Source: Azolla caroliniana (Eukaryota > Plantae > Polypodiophyta). Taken from it: DNA of 64,000 nt. Shown piece by piece: positions 26,401-39,000 of this stretch. The notes under the pieces were generated by a model. It was not told where the DNA came from. It searched no databases and worked only from the letters and a program-made list of their open reading frames with translations. Position 1 is the first letter of the stretch, and every line of letters starts with the position of its first letter. The DNA lies in assembly GCA_043228905.1 (NCBI GenBank), contig JBHGNT010000005.1, positions 16,306,001-16,370,000 on the forward strand, read 5' to 3'. A program made the position numbers and the translations under genes.

Positions 26401-28095
26401 TCTCCTGGCATATTCGTGCACACACCATTTCTCTCATAAAAGCCTTCACCAACACGATGCTGTTTTAGCTTCTTCATCAGAGATCCTTCAAATTCTAAAT
26501 AGACAGTACTAAACATAGCAAGAGGGCAGCCGCCAGAAGTAAGATCTCGGCCAAACAGTGTTGAAAGGGACCAACTTGGTTGTAAAGATGCACCGGTCTG
26601 ATGCCATGGAAATGTGTGTTCTGATGCTGGCTGGATCACAAGGGTAAGTGTTTGCTGTAAAAGTGTTCCTCCTTTGTGCTCATCCTCTACATGACCATCA
26701 AACTCATCAGATGTGACATGAAGCCTCAGTGAGTGATACCAACTCTTATAAATCGTGGGCCGGTCAAGCAGTGTCGCAAAACCAGCCTTGTCCCGACATG
26801 GAAGAAGTTTCAGCCAAGGTGTTAAATTCTCTGTACAAACTGCTTCTCGAGGCAATGCTCCATATCTTACCCGCCCATGAGGTTCTCCATTGGTACTCCT
26901 ACAATTCACATTATCATCTTCCCACATTGGATGAGGAACAGGCATGGATGATGATGATGATGGTGATAAATATTCTTTTTCTCTTAGTTCAGGAGCACCA
27001 AAGGTAGCCTCTTTTTTCTTTCTCTTAAATGCACGTACTGGATTGGCAGTCATTAAAGGCGACTCAAGAAAATTCAGAGAGGCACAAAAAAGCCCAGATA
27101 GAGCATGAGTTAAATTTCCCCAATTGCTATTGATCTCCCGATCTGGAACTGCGAATTCTGCCCACAATTCCACACCTGAGGGCTTTGCATTTAGCCTTGT
27201 CACAGGATCAACACCACCCCATTGGTTGTAGTTCCATCTTCCTTGTGTGAAGGATAATTCCATTTCTTGAATTTGAAATTTCTGTATCTGCAAGATGGAA
27301 GTAAAATCACCACATGAGAACATGATAGGCTATATTATCACCATTTCATATTCTGCATCATGTTTACAGAATTATTCAAGGTGCTTTGATCAGAGATGTG
27401 GTTGTAAAGTCATCACACATTCCTTACGATATATATCTTTGAAGATGCTCAAAACTTTGAAGTTCTAAATATGGGTACCTGAAAACCCTAAATCACATTA
27501 CGTCTATACACATTAGTGTGAAAACCAAGCATACCATCCTGTTTTCAGTACCATCGACGAAACAGATATTTGATCTATCCAAATAACTAGATGATTGCTG
27601 CTATTCAGAGCATTGAAAAACTCGATAGAGTGAAAACACATCATGTTTTCGGTGGAGTAGGCAAACACTCTGGCTTGAGATATGGTTCACCTAACCACAA
27701 GTGTGATAATAAATCAGCTTTAAAATCCTAACGGATCGAATAGCTAAATCAGACCCATCATTGTGTTATTACTACGGTATAAAACATTCTCTGAGAAGAA
27801 AACAAAAAATAGAGGTACTACTTCTGCATTACCTAACCCATAAATGATATTAGAAAGGTTATTACGAACTCACCAGCTGATAGATAGACTTTGGAAATAG
27901 GCGATGGTGATGTCTTTCCTTGTCATGGCTGTTGCTGCTGAGAGGAGGCAAGCGATGGGTGAACTGAAAATGGGCGAGAACTTTTCCATCAGGAAGTGGT
28001 CTCAACAGAAGCTCTTCAGAGAACTCCTCTGCCTTTGTACAAAGGGCTATCTCATCGAAAAAGATAAGCAAAAGGAGGAAGAAGAGGAGTTTCAT
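20488..28095 (-). CDS. PIGT: GPI transamidase component PIG-T/GPI16; exons 28095-27874, 27287-25791, 24873-24706, 21026-20846, 20639-20488 (739 aa)
   Basis: Signal peptide [80 protein letters not shown] plus TM segments. All four introns are GT..AG and phases join (222+1497+168+181+152 = 2220 nt, ending TAG). An in-frame upstream ATG at 28170 is a possible alternative start. Confidence 0.93.
23730..24555 (-). mobile_element. 5'-truncated LINE remnant in PIG-T intron 3
   Basis: Minus-strand translation [34 protein letters not shown] matches the C-terminal Zn motif of the LINE at 31-34 kb. Same 3' end (GAAA repeats followed by ..TATTAAC.TCTT.TAAG on +). Confidence 0.8.
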
Positions 28096-28268
28096 GATTT
28101 GCTTGTTGGATATGGTATGGCCGTGGTTGCAGAGAGAGCCCAGCCAAGCCAATCTATCTCTTCTCTTCATTGCAGATGTCTTCCTTCAAAAAAAACTGGT
28201 CGCTAATTGCTCTGCAACAGTAGTAGCTCTGAAGAATGGCCGTCATCATTGTGCGCAGAAGATGCAGG

Positions 28269-28271
<3 letters not shown>

Positions 28272-28318
<47 letters not shown>
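28272..28318. promoter_or_regulatory. (GA)n tract upstream of PIG-T; candidate BBR/BPC GAGA element or CT-rich 5' UTR
   Basis: About 23 GA units roughly 180-220 bp upstream of the ATG; function is inferred. Confidence 0.55.
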
Positions 28319-28320
<2 letters not shown>

Positions 28321-28454
28321 TACATATACAGAAGAAGGAAGACATATGTATAGAGATGCATTCAATTCTATTGTGTGTGTGTGTTAGGGGGGGGGCCTCT
28401 CTCTATTTGCTACCAAATCATAAAGAGGCCGTCCTGGCGAGGCTATCGCCGGCC

Positions 28455-28800
28455 GGCCACCGATCGGGCTATTACCCTGAGTTTGTCGGGCCACTACCCT
28501 AAGTTAGTCGAGCTACTGCAGTCACTGAGTGAGGCTATCGAAAACTTATGCATTTTTTTTAGATAAAGATCTTACGGTGCAGATGCCCCATTTCCGAACG
28601 CCCGTGCTATTACCCTGAGTCGATCGGGCTATTACCCTGAGTCAGTCGGGCTACTACCTGGAGTTGGTCGGGCTATTGGAGTCACTGAGTGAGGCTATCG
28701 AAAACTTTTGCATTTTTCTTTTAGATAAAGATCTGACGGTCCAAGTAGTAGCCCGATTGACTCGGGTTAATAGCCCGATCGACTTAGGGCAGTAGCTTGA
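28455..28800. repeat. Complex repeat: 22-bp units, 160-bp-period direct duplication and an inverted arm (probable MITE or DNA-transposon remnant)
   Basis: 28461..28578 is repeated at 28621..28740; unit GCTATTACCCTGAGTCGATCGG; about 28745..28796 is the reverse complement of about 28606..28657. Confidence 0.75.
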
Positions 28801-29299
28801 CTGAAAGCCTGATATCAAAAACTTTAAGAAACTTCCAAGTCTAAAATAGAATCCATGCACTAGCCGTGGACTTGTGATATGCTTCTTTACGCATGCTCAT
28901 CCATGCAACATGCCTTGCACACCCAACATCAAATAGGTCATCTTCACAACTTATATACATTTGGGTGGGCCAACAAATTGTACACATCTAGTCTACATCC
29001 TAGAACATCCATATACTGAAATGGCCATGGTGCCATGCTTAACCCCATCATTCACTCTAACGTCGACATGAAACCTACAACCACATTGCCATTTGAAAAA
29101 GGTTACGTGTGGAAGCTAATTAGCAGAACTCAACCGACTTAGCTGGACAATTAAGTAAAACACAGAGAAAATAGAAAATACAGGGTTTTTGGGTTTTGGG
29201 TTTAGGGAGAGAGAGAGAGAGAGAGTTTACAGAAGAGAAATATAGTCTCCATTAGAGCTTCAAATGTATATTTGAATTCGTACCTATTTTCTTCTTCTT

Positions 29300-30607
29300 C
29301 TCTAGTTCATCTGTATTGCTTGTTGTACACATCTTCTTGCAGGTTCTCACATATTCTTCTGCATTTCTTATTTGACACTAATTGTTCGACTTCACCGATT
29401 CGATACGAAAACACCCTATCCTTAGGGCCATTGACATATCGCAATATACTCTGTGCACACTAAAGGTTTTCGATGGTCGGTTGTGACATAAACTAATTTA
29501 TCAGTCCGACCGGATAGCTGAGGTTCGGCCAGTTGATGGTCAAGTAGATCAGGCTTCCAACTATCTCTCAAAATCGTGTCGGGTCGCACGTTGTTCCCTA
29601 TTCGGAGCGTAGCTTGACATTTCTGTCAAGAGGAGTCAAGACGGATTTACAATCCGTCATGCTAAACTTGAAGAGCATATTCAACACATAGTGACGTTGG
29701 CTGATCAATATGCCTTTCGGGGTGCAGATCACTTCGATCCCAAGAAAATATTGAAGGTTTCCCAGATCCTTCATCATGAATGATGCTGCCAACTGAGCCT
29801 TGATGCGGTCAATTTCCTCCAGGTCGCCATCGGCGATGACTAAATCATCGACATATAGCAGTATGTTGACCGGCCCGGTCCGGAATTGCTAAATGAACAA
29901 GGAAGAACTAATTTTGACGGAGCAAACCCCATCTTACGCAGGCGCTTCAATCCGTAGAGAGACTTCTTCAGTCGGCAAACTGTCGATGTGTTCAACTTGG
30001 ATAGAAATCCGGGGGGTTGTACCATGTACACATGTTCCTCAAGCTCCCATTGCAGGAATGCGTTCTTTACATCCATTTGATGTAGATGCCACCCCTTTGT
30101 TGTTGCTACCGCCAGCAACATACGGACGATCATCATCGTTGCGACCAACGCGAACATCTCATCGTAGTCGATGTCGGGTGTCTGCGCATAGCCCTTGGCC
30201 ACTAGTCAAGCCTTGTACCTGTTGATTGAGCCATCAACGTTGTATTTGACCTTATACACTGATCTGCATCTGATTGTCTAGACTCCTCTAGGAAGGTCAA
30301 CCAAGTCCCATGTCTCATTGTTAGCTAGAGCATGCATCTCTTCCTCCATTGTCGTTCTCCATTTGGCATCTTGACATGCCGCCTTCGCGTAGCTCTCTCG
30401 CTTGCGCATCTCCACCGCCTTGGTCATGTACGCATAGTGATGCGCCATGCACTCATTATACCTGCACCTGATGACAGGGTTCTTTTGGCGAGATGATCGG
30501 CGCAACCTTTAATTGGCCAACTTCAAGGCCCTTTTAACCGATTCCGACCTCAACTCTAGAGGTTCGTCTTCGCTTATGGTTCTATCGGACTCACTTCAAT
30601 CCGACGT
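29300..30607 (-). mobile_element. Degenerate Ty1/copia RT fragment (same family as 16314..17960)
   Basis: ORFs 29598..29792, 29840..30202 and 30278..30505 with MKDLGNLQYFLGIEV, LHQMDVKNAFL, NNETWDLV. Left end approximate. Confidence 0.85.
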
Positions 30608-33600
30608 TGTCATGGAAATCTGCGCATACGTGTCGGCTTGGGCGGGACCACGGGGGTCTCAGACTAAGGAGTAAAAGGGGGAATGGGAGCTTATTCCTTA
30701 CGGGCTTCTGAGCACAAAAGGGTAGGAACAATGTACGAAAGACTAACATGATAGAGAACTAGATGAGCCAAGGTTTATCAAACAAAATCCATTATAAGGC
30801 ACGAAAGCCACAATATGATTTACAACCACGGTCGTTTAGGCCAAACTCAAGCACAATTAGAAGAAATGGCAATAGGCCTAAAGAGAAAGAAAGAAAGAAA
30901 GAAAGATGTATTAACGTCTTCTAAGGCCAAATTTGGCCCATGAGACAATTGGTTTACAACAATAGAGTATTTATCCAGTCATCATAACTAAAAATAAAAT
31001 TAAGTAAAAAAAAAATAGAACTTAAACTAAGAGAGTTCTAGTAGTGTACAATATGTAGTATACTCGAAAGTGACTATACACTAAGCCTAATTTTATTTCC
31101 ACCCAAGCCTCTCAAAAAGAAGTGGGGGGTCAAAGGGTCTTGATGTGGGTTCCAATGTAGAGAGTGCCCTAGCCATGGCTTCTAGGCTGTGTAGCTCACG
31201 TTCCCTTATTTTCAATATTGCTTCCACATCACGTTGAGTTGCTTTGAAACCCGGCACCCGAGGACGTCTGGTTCTTCTCTGGTTTTCTGCCTCATCAATG
31301 GAAAGGCCGAGTGGTGCAAGTGTGTCGGCATTCGTTGTCTCCTCAGGTTCCTGAAAAACTGCATTTGTTACATGTTCGTGATCATTAGCAACATTATTGT
31401 CAACATTTTGTAATTTATTCTCTTTGTGTTGTTTTAGCTCTAGAATGTATTTGCCTAATTTCTTTATATCTAGAGTATCTAATAGTTTGGGGAGGGTGGG
31501 AGACGGACCAAGTATGTCTTGGTATTTTGCCCTTATCTCGGCATAGGTTGGACACTTGCATGTAAAGTGGTACTCATCCTCTATCTCTATGTGACATAAC
31601 CTACATATCCTTTCCTCCCTAGGGACTCCACTAGTACGGCCATTTTCAATCTCAAGTTGGTGAGATGATATTCTAAGTTGTCCAATGGCAACCCTTAGTG
31701 CATGTGGTAAGAATACATCTAGATATTTTGGCCGCGTGATAAAACCTAACTCAGAGAAGTGCATGAAGTGTTTCTTATAGTACGACATTTTAGATGGGAG
31801 TGGCTCTAGTGGGGTGATCCATTTACACCGAGTGTAAATTTGCCATATTTCTTGGCGTATTACTTTATCGCGGTTCTCATAAGAGATTAAGGTGTTATCA
31901 CTCGTGTGGTTGTACCTAAGGGGAGGTAGGTTATTAATGTCTAGACCATTCGCAAGAAGCCAAGTCACCATCATGCCATACCATGAGCTAGTATAGCCGG
32001 ACTCATACAATGATCGAGAGGCCTTAAAGGCTTGATGAGATATTCTATCATGTGGTTGGCTATGTATCCTATCAATAAAGACTACAAGTTGAAAAAGTGC
32101 CTCTACTAGCATTGGGGGTAACGTGAACTCGGCCCTAATAATGTCATGTGGTACAGTCGATTTGCTTCGGAGTTGGCATGATAGCATCATCACCAATGGT
32201 CTCTCTAATTGCGTCCACATGAAGGATGGTAATCCTGGAGCCCAAACCGCTGATGCATACATGAGGGAGGGGGTCACTAATGAGTCAAAGAGCCACCCTT
32301 TAGTCCGTGGCTCTTGAAAGTGTGCTTGGTGGCATTGTCTCTCTAGGAGTGAGAGGGATGCATGTCCTCTCGTGAGTCTATCCTTCGCTGCCTGTGTCAT
32401 CGAAAATTTACCTGAGCGGGTAGTAAAAGTGACTCCGAGATATACGTATGATCCAACCACCTCGACTGGGCTATGGGAGATAGTTAGGTGACACTTAGCT
32501 CTAACTTGGGCCGATGTGTGGAAGATAAGGACTTTCGTTTTCCCTAGATTCACTACCAATCCTCGTTGTACACAAAAGTCATCTAAGGCATTGAGGTGCC
32601 TCTGTAGGTCGTGTTCGGATTCAGAGAGCAAAATTATGTCATCCGCATAGAGCAAGATACGAACCTGCGTATCCCCAAGGACCACTCCGGTGCCTCCCTC
32701 ACGAGCAATAAAATCTGTGATCTCATCAATGTAGATCCCAAAAAGCGTCGGTCATAGGGGGCAACCTTGTTTTACACCAATAGTGCTAGTGAAACGATTG
32801 TATAGGCCACCTGGGCATCGGACACACCCGGACACTTGTTCATATAGTGCGTAGATGGCCCATACCATATCATCTGGTATCCTCAAGCTTTTAAGTCTAT
32901 CAGACAACCGATCTCTAGGGACTGTGTCAAAGGCTTTGCGGAAGTCCACAAAACAACAATATAATCTCTTCTTGCGAGCCCTAGTTTGGTCAATTAGGCA
33001 TCTAAGTGTGAAGATGTGATCAATAATGGAGAAGGCTCGTCTAAAGCCAACTTGTTCAGGTGCACGAAGGTTTAGGGTCTCCATGTAGTCGCTAAGCTCT
33101 GCTTCCATTACTGCACCATATAACTTAGCAAGGGTATGGCCTATCATAATGGTCCTATATGTATTTGGGTCCATGGGGTCCCCCCCTTTATGTATGGGGG
33201 TCACTGTATTCATAGTCCACTGTGGTGGAAAACCCTCCGCAAGGGCATGATTGAAGATTAGAGTTAGCAAGGGAGCTAGGCACTCTCTCGCATATATAAT
33301 GTGTTCTGCTCGCAATCCTGTGTGGTCCATGGACTTCCTATGTTGTAATTTCTTTATGACCTTCATGACCCTAGAGGTCGTGAAAAGTGTCCCCGTGGTA
33401 GGCCGAGGTGTGGAAGGCATTGGAAAAGGTGGTTGGTTTGGGATTTGGTAAAGTCTCTCTGTATATGTGTGCCAAGTTTCGGGATCTTCGATGGGTGTTT
33501 GTGGTCTTGGCTTCCGTAGTCTCTTCCATGCCGTGGCGCAATCGCTACTCATGAGCATATGGTAGAGTTCCCAGTATTGGGATGCCTCCCACGCTCGTCT

Positions 33601-35210
33601 CTTACGACGTGTCATCTTACGCATTTCTTTGCGAGCTTGTGTGGAGGTAATACTACCATTGAGTTGCGATACTGTAAGTTGTCTATGTAGGTCCCTACAA
33701 TCCTCGTCATACCATTTATTTTGTGGCATTGATCCTGATCTACCTTGATTTGAGTGTTTTGTATATGGGAAACTGCTAGCTGCTGCGGAGTGAAGGATGT
33801 GTGTGAGTTTTGTACTAAGGCTTTCTAACGGTAGAGAGGGATCAATGGAGGGGAGATGGGCCTGAACATGTTGAGAGTATATGTCAGAGAGCTCATGTGT
33901 GAAATGTATTGTGGTGTGATGGCATGGTTGACTAGACTTGGTGACCTTAGAGATATCACATTTTAGCTCGAAGTATAAGAAGCTATGGTTTGCACCAATA
34001 GGGCATGGGGCCACTCGGAAGGATGATGACCAAACAAAACCCTAAAACGAAATAGGGAGAAGAAGAAGAAGAACCGAAACCCCTAATGGTCTACCCCAAA
34101 ACAACAAAATGGTGACCGCCTTTATGGTGCCTCCTCGCCCCCCTTTATAGTAGAAAGGGGTGAGGCTTATTACAAAAAGAGAGGCCAAATATTCCTCTAT
34201 TTTCAAAGATGAATAGTTGCCTTGATTTTAGGAGGAGGGATTGATGGGGTGCCTTAAATCCCTCTTCCCTCATTTTCACACACACCCACTACACCCTTAC
34301 TTCCATGCACTCCCCTTTTTCTATGTGTGCATGTGCACCTAAGTGCATATCACACTCACAATCCACAAGCCCTTTTGGTGCACTTTAGCACCTTACTTTT
34401 TATATTTCTCTTACAATATTACTTTTATTCCTATTTACATTTTTTGATGTGCATGTGCAAACTTTGCACATTCCCGATTTGTCCGCTCCACATGATTTTC
34501 TTGCCGTTACCAAAAATCTTCACAACATCCACCCCCACCAAACCGTACATCCGTCGGTATGTGCCAAGAAAGGGGAAGAGGTGAGATTTTGGCAATGGCA
34601 ATCAATCGGCTACCTCCACATCCTCGTCAACCTTAGTCCCATTCGTCTTTGTCCTCCATTTTGAACTTGCTCACTCTTTCCATCCGATCCACCATATTTG
34701 CCGCCCGCACCTTTCACCACGTCTGAATGTTGTAGGCTTGACCACCTTTCTCGGGTATAAACCTTCATCCACCTTGCATGTTCCTCCTTCATTCTGGCCA
34801 TCACCTTGGTCATGGCATTTGTCTGCATTATACTTCCTCGTTCCACCTCCCGAAGGCTCTACTCGTATGTCATCGTAAACTACCCAAGGTAGTCCCTTCT
34901 CCAAGTGCATGCTCATCCCATTTCGTCCCTTCTTGTGGTATACTCTCACCGTAGAGTTCACCACTATACTTTCGATCTCTGTGAGGGCGTCCTCCACCTC
35001 TGACGTCGTCGTCTTATCCTAGGGAATGCTCATCGAATCTGCTTGGCCGGCTTGGCCCCCATCATCCACCGTAGTGCTTCGTTTAGCCTCCTTGGCCCCC
35101 TCACCAGCTTCAACCTTCGCCCTCTCACCGCCACCTTCCATTTCTCCGGTCTCATGTTGGTCTGCAACCGCTAAAGTACTTGAATGCTCATTAACTAAGC
35201 CTGATACTAA
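30608..35210 (-). mobile_element. 3' end of a Gypsy element: 3' LTR 30608..34527 (split by a LINE), PPT and 3' internal region
   Basis: On -, PPT TGGTGGGGGTGGA then TGTTGTGAAGATTTT at 34527; far terminus ..CATGACA at 30608. Both LTR halves match the solo LTR at 14872..15525; 34510..34630 matches 44800..44920. Confidence 0.8.
30881..34027 (-). mobile_element. 5'-truncated LINE (APE-type, RTE/RTEX-like) ORF2 with one in-frame stop and a (CTTT)n tail
   Basis: ORFs 32752..34014 and 31093..32685 are in one frame, split by TGA at GCPL*PTLF. Motifs YRTI, QVGFR, FVDFRKAFD, GVKQGCPL, LLYADD, KTKVL and C-terminal ICRLC..EDEYHF..CP.Y. GAAA repeats on + at about 30883..30905. Confidence 0.92.
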
Positions 35211-35369
35211 CAACCTATAATATTCCTATTTACTAAAATAGTAATATAGGCCTCTAACGACTAGCCAATTCGGCTTTTGGCTTATTGAGTTGGTTCGGGC
35301 CTAGCCAATCGGTCTCTATCCGATCTGGCTCTCGGCTTCTTCAGCCAATCCGACCCAAGTTGAGCTTGC

Positions 35370-36013
35370 TCGCTCAATAATGTGTAGTGTTCTAAGTAGG
35401 GCCTCTACCCAGAAGCCGTTCGACAGTTCGAAGTGTTGGAGCATAGCAATGATTCGTTCTTGAATTGTCTGATTCATTCGTTCGGGAATTCCGTTCTGCT
35501 CTAGACTATATGGTGCCATATATTCACTTCAAATGCCACGCTGCTGGAAAAATCTTACGAATTGCTCTGACTTATACTCTCCTCCATTATATGACCGCAA
35601 GCATTTCAGTTTCTGGCCGGATTGGTTCTCCACCATGGCAAGCCATTCCTGGAAGATCCAGAACACTTGATCTTTACTTCTAGTCGGGTATGCCCACACT
35701 TTCCTGGTCGAGTCATCAATAAAGTTGACGAAGTAGGAAGTGCCACCAAAGGACTGATGTGGCATCGAGCCACAAACGTCTGAATGGACTAAATCGAGTG
35801 GACTCGATTCTCTTGGTGATGTTGTTGGGTGTGAGATAGTAGTATATTTCCGTATTTGTAGTGCTCACAAAATTGTGGTATGAGAATGAGAGCTTGGGGA
35901 TATATTCGGCCTTGGATAAGTGTGTCATGTCGGCCTTGCTGAGGTGTCTGAGTCGTCCGTACCATAGGGATGACACGGGGATGTCTACCAGAAACAAGTC
36001 ACCCTCTCTGAGT
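35370..36013 (-). mobile_element. Ty1/copia GAG-pre-integrase / integrase fragment
   Basis: LWYGRLRHLS, YFVNFIDDSTRKVW, LRSYNGGEY, QNGIPERMNQTI. Confidence 0.85.
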
Positions 36014-39000
36014 TGTTGACCGGCAAAGACTTAACAACCGGATAAAGTCCAGAATGGGAAAGGGATAATTATTTTAGAACTATCTATAATTATTATATTT
36101 TGAGAAGCGAACGGATGGACCTGGAATCGGTATGCCGATCCGGATTCGGACCGGTTCGTGGCCGGTTGCCGGTTGCCGGTTGGCACCGATTCGTACCAGA
36201 GCCGGTGAACTATAAAAGTACCCGGCTAGATTGTAATCAAATAGCGGTTTATTAATGAAAGTGATGTTGTTCTATATCTTCTTTAATCTTTGAAGCTTAG
36301 TTAATTATCGTTCTGTGCTTAATAGAATCTATCTTACGCGTGTATTATGATCCTTAATCACGCCGATTAGTAGCCGGTTAGGAAATACGTTTGTATCACG
36401 GTCTACGCCTACCCCACTTGCACCACCCTTTGGTGAAGTGTCCCAGAGGGACACCCTGTGTTAGGGTTAGTCTTGCCCCAAGGAATAACACAGTTTTTGG
36501 CGACCACAATTCCTGCTCAAGCGCAGTGAACAACGGGGGGCATGGATGATTAGACCAACAAACGACCCAACAACGGAGTGAACACGACGACTCCCCGAAA
36601 GACTACGGAAGCGCGAAGCGTACCACCAAGCAATAGAAGAAATTCGCGCGGATCGATCCTTTTCAAAGGTGATTCGGCGAGTGGCCGCGGAGTCACTCTG
36701 GTTGCAGCAAAATTCCCATCCAGACGAAGGAAGCAGTTTAAGTAGTCTGAAGGAAGAGGAATCCATCCATCAGGCATTGGTAACGGGAGAAGGCGATTCG
36801 GAACCATTTTCGGCGTTTGAATCAGATTCGGACAGTGAGTACAACACACATTCGAATTACTATAGCAGTCACGACACCCCAGACGGACTGGAGGACGCGG
36901 AATCAGATAATATACCAACATCGGAACCGGCGATAACAGATATGGAAGCTTCAGTAAGGCACGAGGTGGATCAACGTCCGACACCGCCACACGAGCCTCC
37001 AACAGAAGAGGAGGGAAGACCTTTGAAGCCGAAAAAAGAGGAGGAAAGACCTCCGACATCTCCTCCGAAAATAGAGGAGAAAAAACCTTTGACACCACCT
37101 CCAACAGAAGAGGAGGAGAGACCCCCTTCACCACCAGCTCGAGTTCCGACACCGGAAGACGATATGCCATTCCAATATCCCAGGTACCGGGATGATCCGG
37201 ACGCGGAAGCCCATGTGTATCATTTCTACAAACATGGGAAGCAAACCATGTGTCGCAACGCTTAAACGCCACCGAAGTAGAACGATCAAAGATTGTAGAG
37301 TTCGGCATGACTTTGGATGGACCAGCAGCACGATGGCGCGTGACGCACCTTCCCGGTACCATCACTACGTTTGAGGACTTGAAAACCATATTTTTACATT
37401 TCTTTCACAAGGAAGTGGATCAACGAGAGATGGTCGGCCTATTCTACACCATACAGCAGGAACCTACGGAAACCATTCAACAATTCGTAATCCGGTTCCA
37501 GCGGATGCACAACCAGCTAAGTCGGGCACCACCGGAAGTAGAGGCTAAAGCAATATTCCTAGCAGCACTATGGGAACCCTTGCGTACGGTGTGCGCAGTC
37601 ATTGATTTCTGCATCAGCATGATCGACCAGGTTATAGACCGGGTCAGGGAGATGGAGAAAACAAGCTCATGGCTAACAATGGGGGCACTCTAGTGTGCAT
37701 TACTGACAGACGAAGACCTACATTTTCGGCAAGCTATACAATGTACGACTTGTCTCAATGCCGGGCATTCTGTCATAGAATGTACCATGCGGTCACAGTG
37801 CATGTTATGCCATTCTAGGTCGCACACAATGGACCGATGCGAAAATAACTTACTGAACCGGCAAGTGGCACCGGTAAGACAAATCGATACCCACAACGAC
37901 TGGGAAGAGGAAGAAGAACGTTGGCATCGAGACGAGCATTATCGGCCAGTACAGGATGTCCGGTATAGCGACAAAAGGGACAATTATGACCGGGACTGGT
38001 ACGACAGGTACCGGGATTATAATGGCGACCGTTCTGATCGCGATCACTCTCAAGTTACAACCAGAGGAGAGAGGATCAATGTAGGCATTACGAAGATCGC
38101 CGCCGACAGGGATACAAAAACCACCGACATTTTAATAAGAAATGAAACACCCGAAAGGATGAGCGTCGGGAACCAGGGAAGGAATACCCACGAGAGCCGG
38201 AGAGAGCCTTGAGTGGCACCCAACTAGAACAAAGACGAACGGAAGAGCCTAATCGATTGGAAACAGGATTTCAACCAAGTACCGGGCCAAAAGTAGAATC
38301 CAACAATACCCGGAAAGCGTATTGTTATTATTGCCGCTAGGAAGGCCATTACAGCAACCAATGCCCGGTGAAAAGTAACGAAAAACGACCGGCAATCAAT
38401 ATGGTGGTAGCAGAGGTCGTGGATATACAACAAGTCACCACTAGGTAGAAAGGAAAGACGACGGAGTGGGAAGCACAAGAGGCTATCCGGAAATAGGCCA
38501 TCGAATGGGTAGAGAAGGCGAATGAGCGGAATTCGGCCGAAGTGAAACAACAAAAGGAGGCACCGACAGAGCTCACTGACACAATACAATCAGAAAACCC
38601 AACATGGCAGGCATTACAAGAATGTCAAATTACATTGCCATTAGGCCGGCTACTACAATTAGTACCCCTTTTCACGAATGGGCTAAAATCGGCAATAACA
38701 CCACCAGACTCGTCGCCGGCTCCAGCTTTCTTTTCCAACCTAGAGGAAGGGCCGGCAGTGGTGGACACAAGCAGTCAGGCAATCACTGCCATTGTCAAAG
38801 GATGCGAGCTACCAGGGACGATCGTCAACGGAGGATCGGGCGTCAATGTAATCAGCCTCCATACTTGTGACACCCTAGGAATCCAGGAGTGGGAGCCTTG
38901 CCCGTTTTGGCTCCGGATGGCAGATACGAGTTCGGTAAGACCCACCGGTTTAATATGAGATCTGGAGGTAACAATCGGAGGACATGCATTCCGCGTTTCT

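Noticed and set aside
25698-27323. Stand-alone 541-aa gene
   Set aside because: It is exon 2 of PIG-T; both ends of the ORF run into introns.
29183-29225. Telomere-like GGGTTT(T)/TTTAGGG motifs next to (GA)n
   Set aside because: Only about three degenerate units; too short for an interstitial telomeric array or a confident promoter call.
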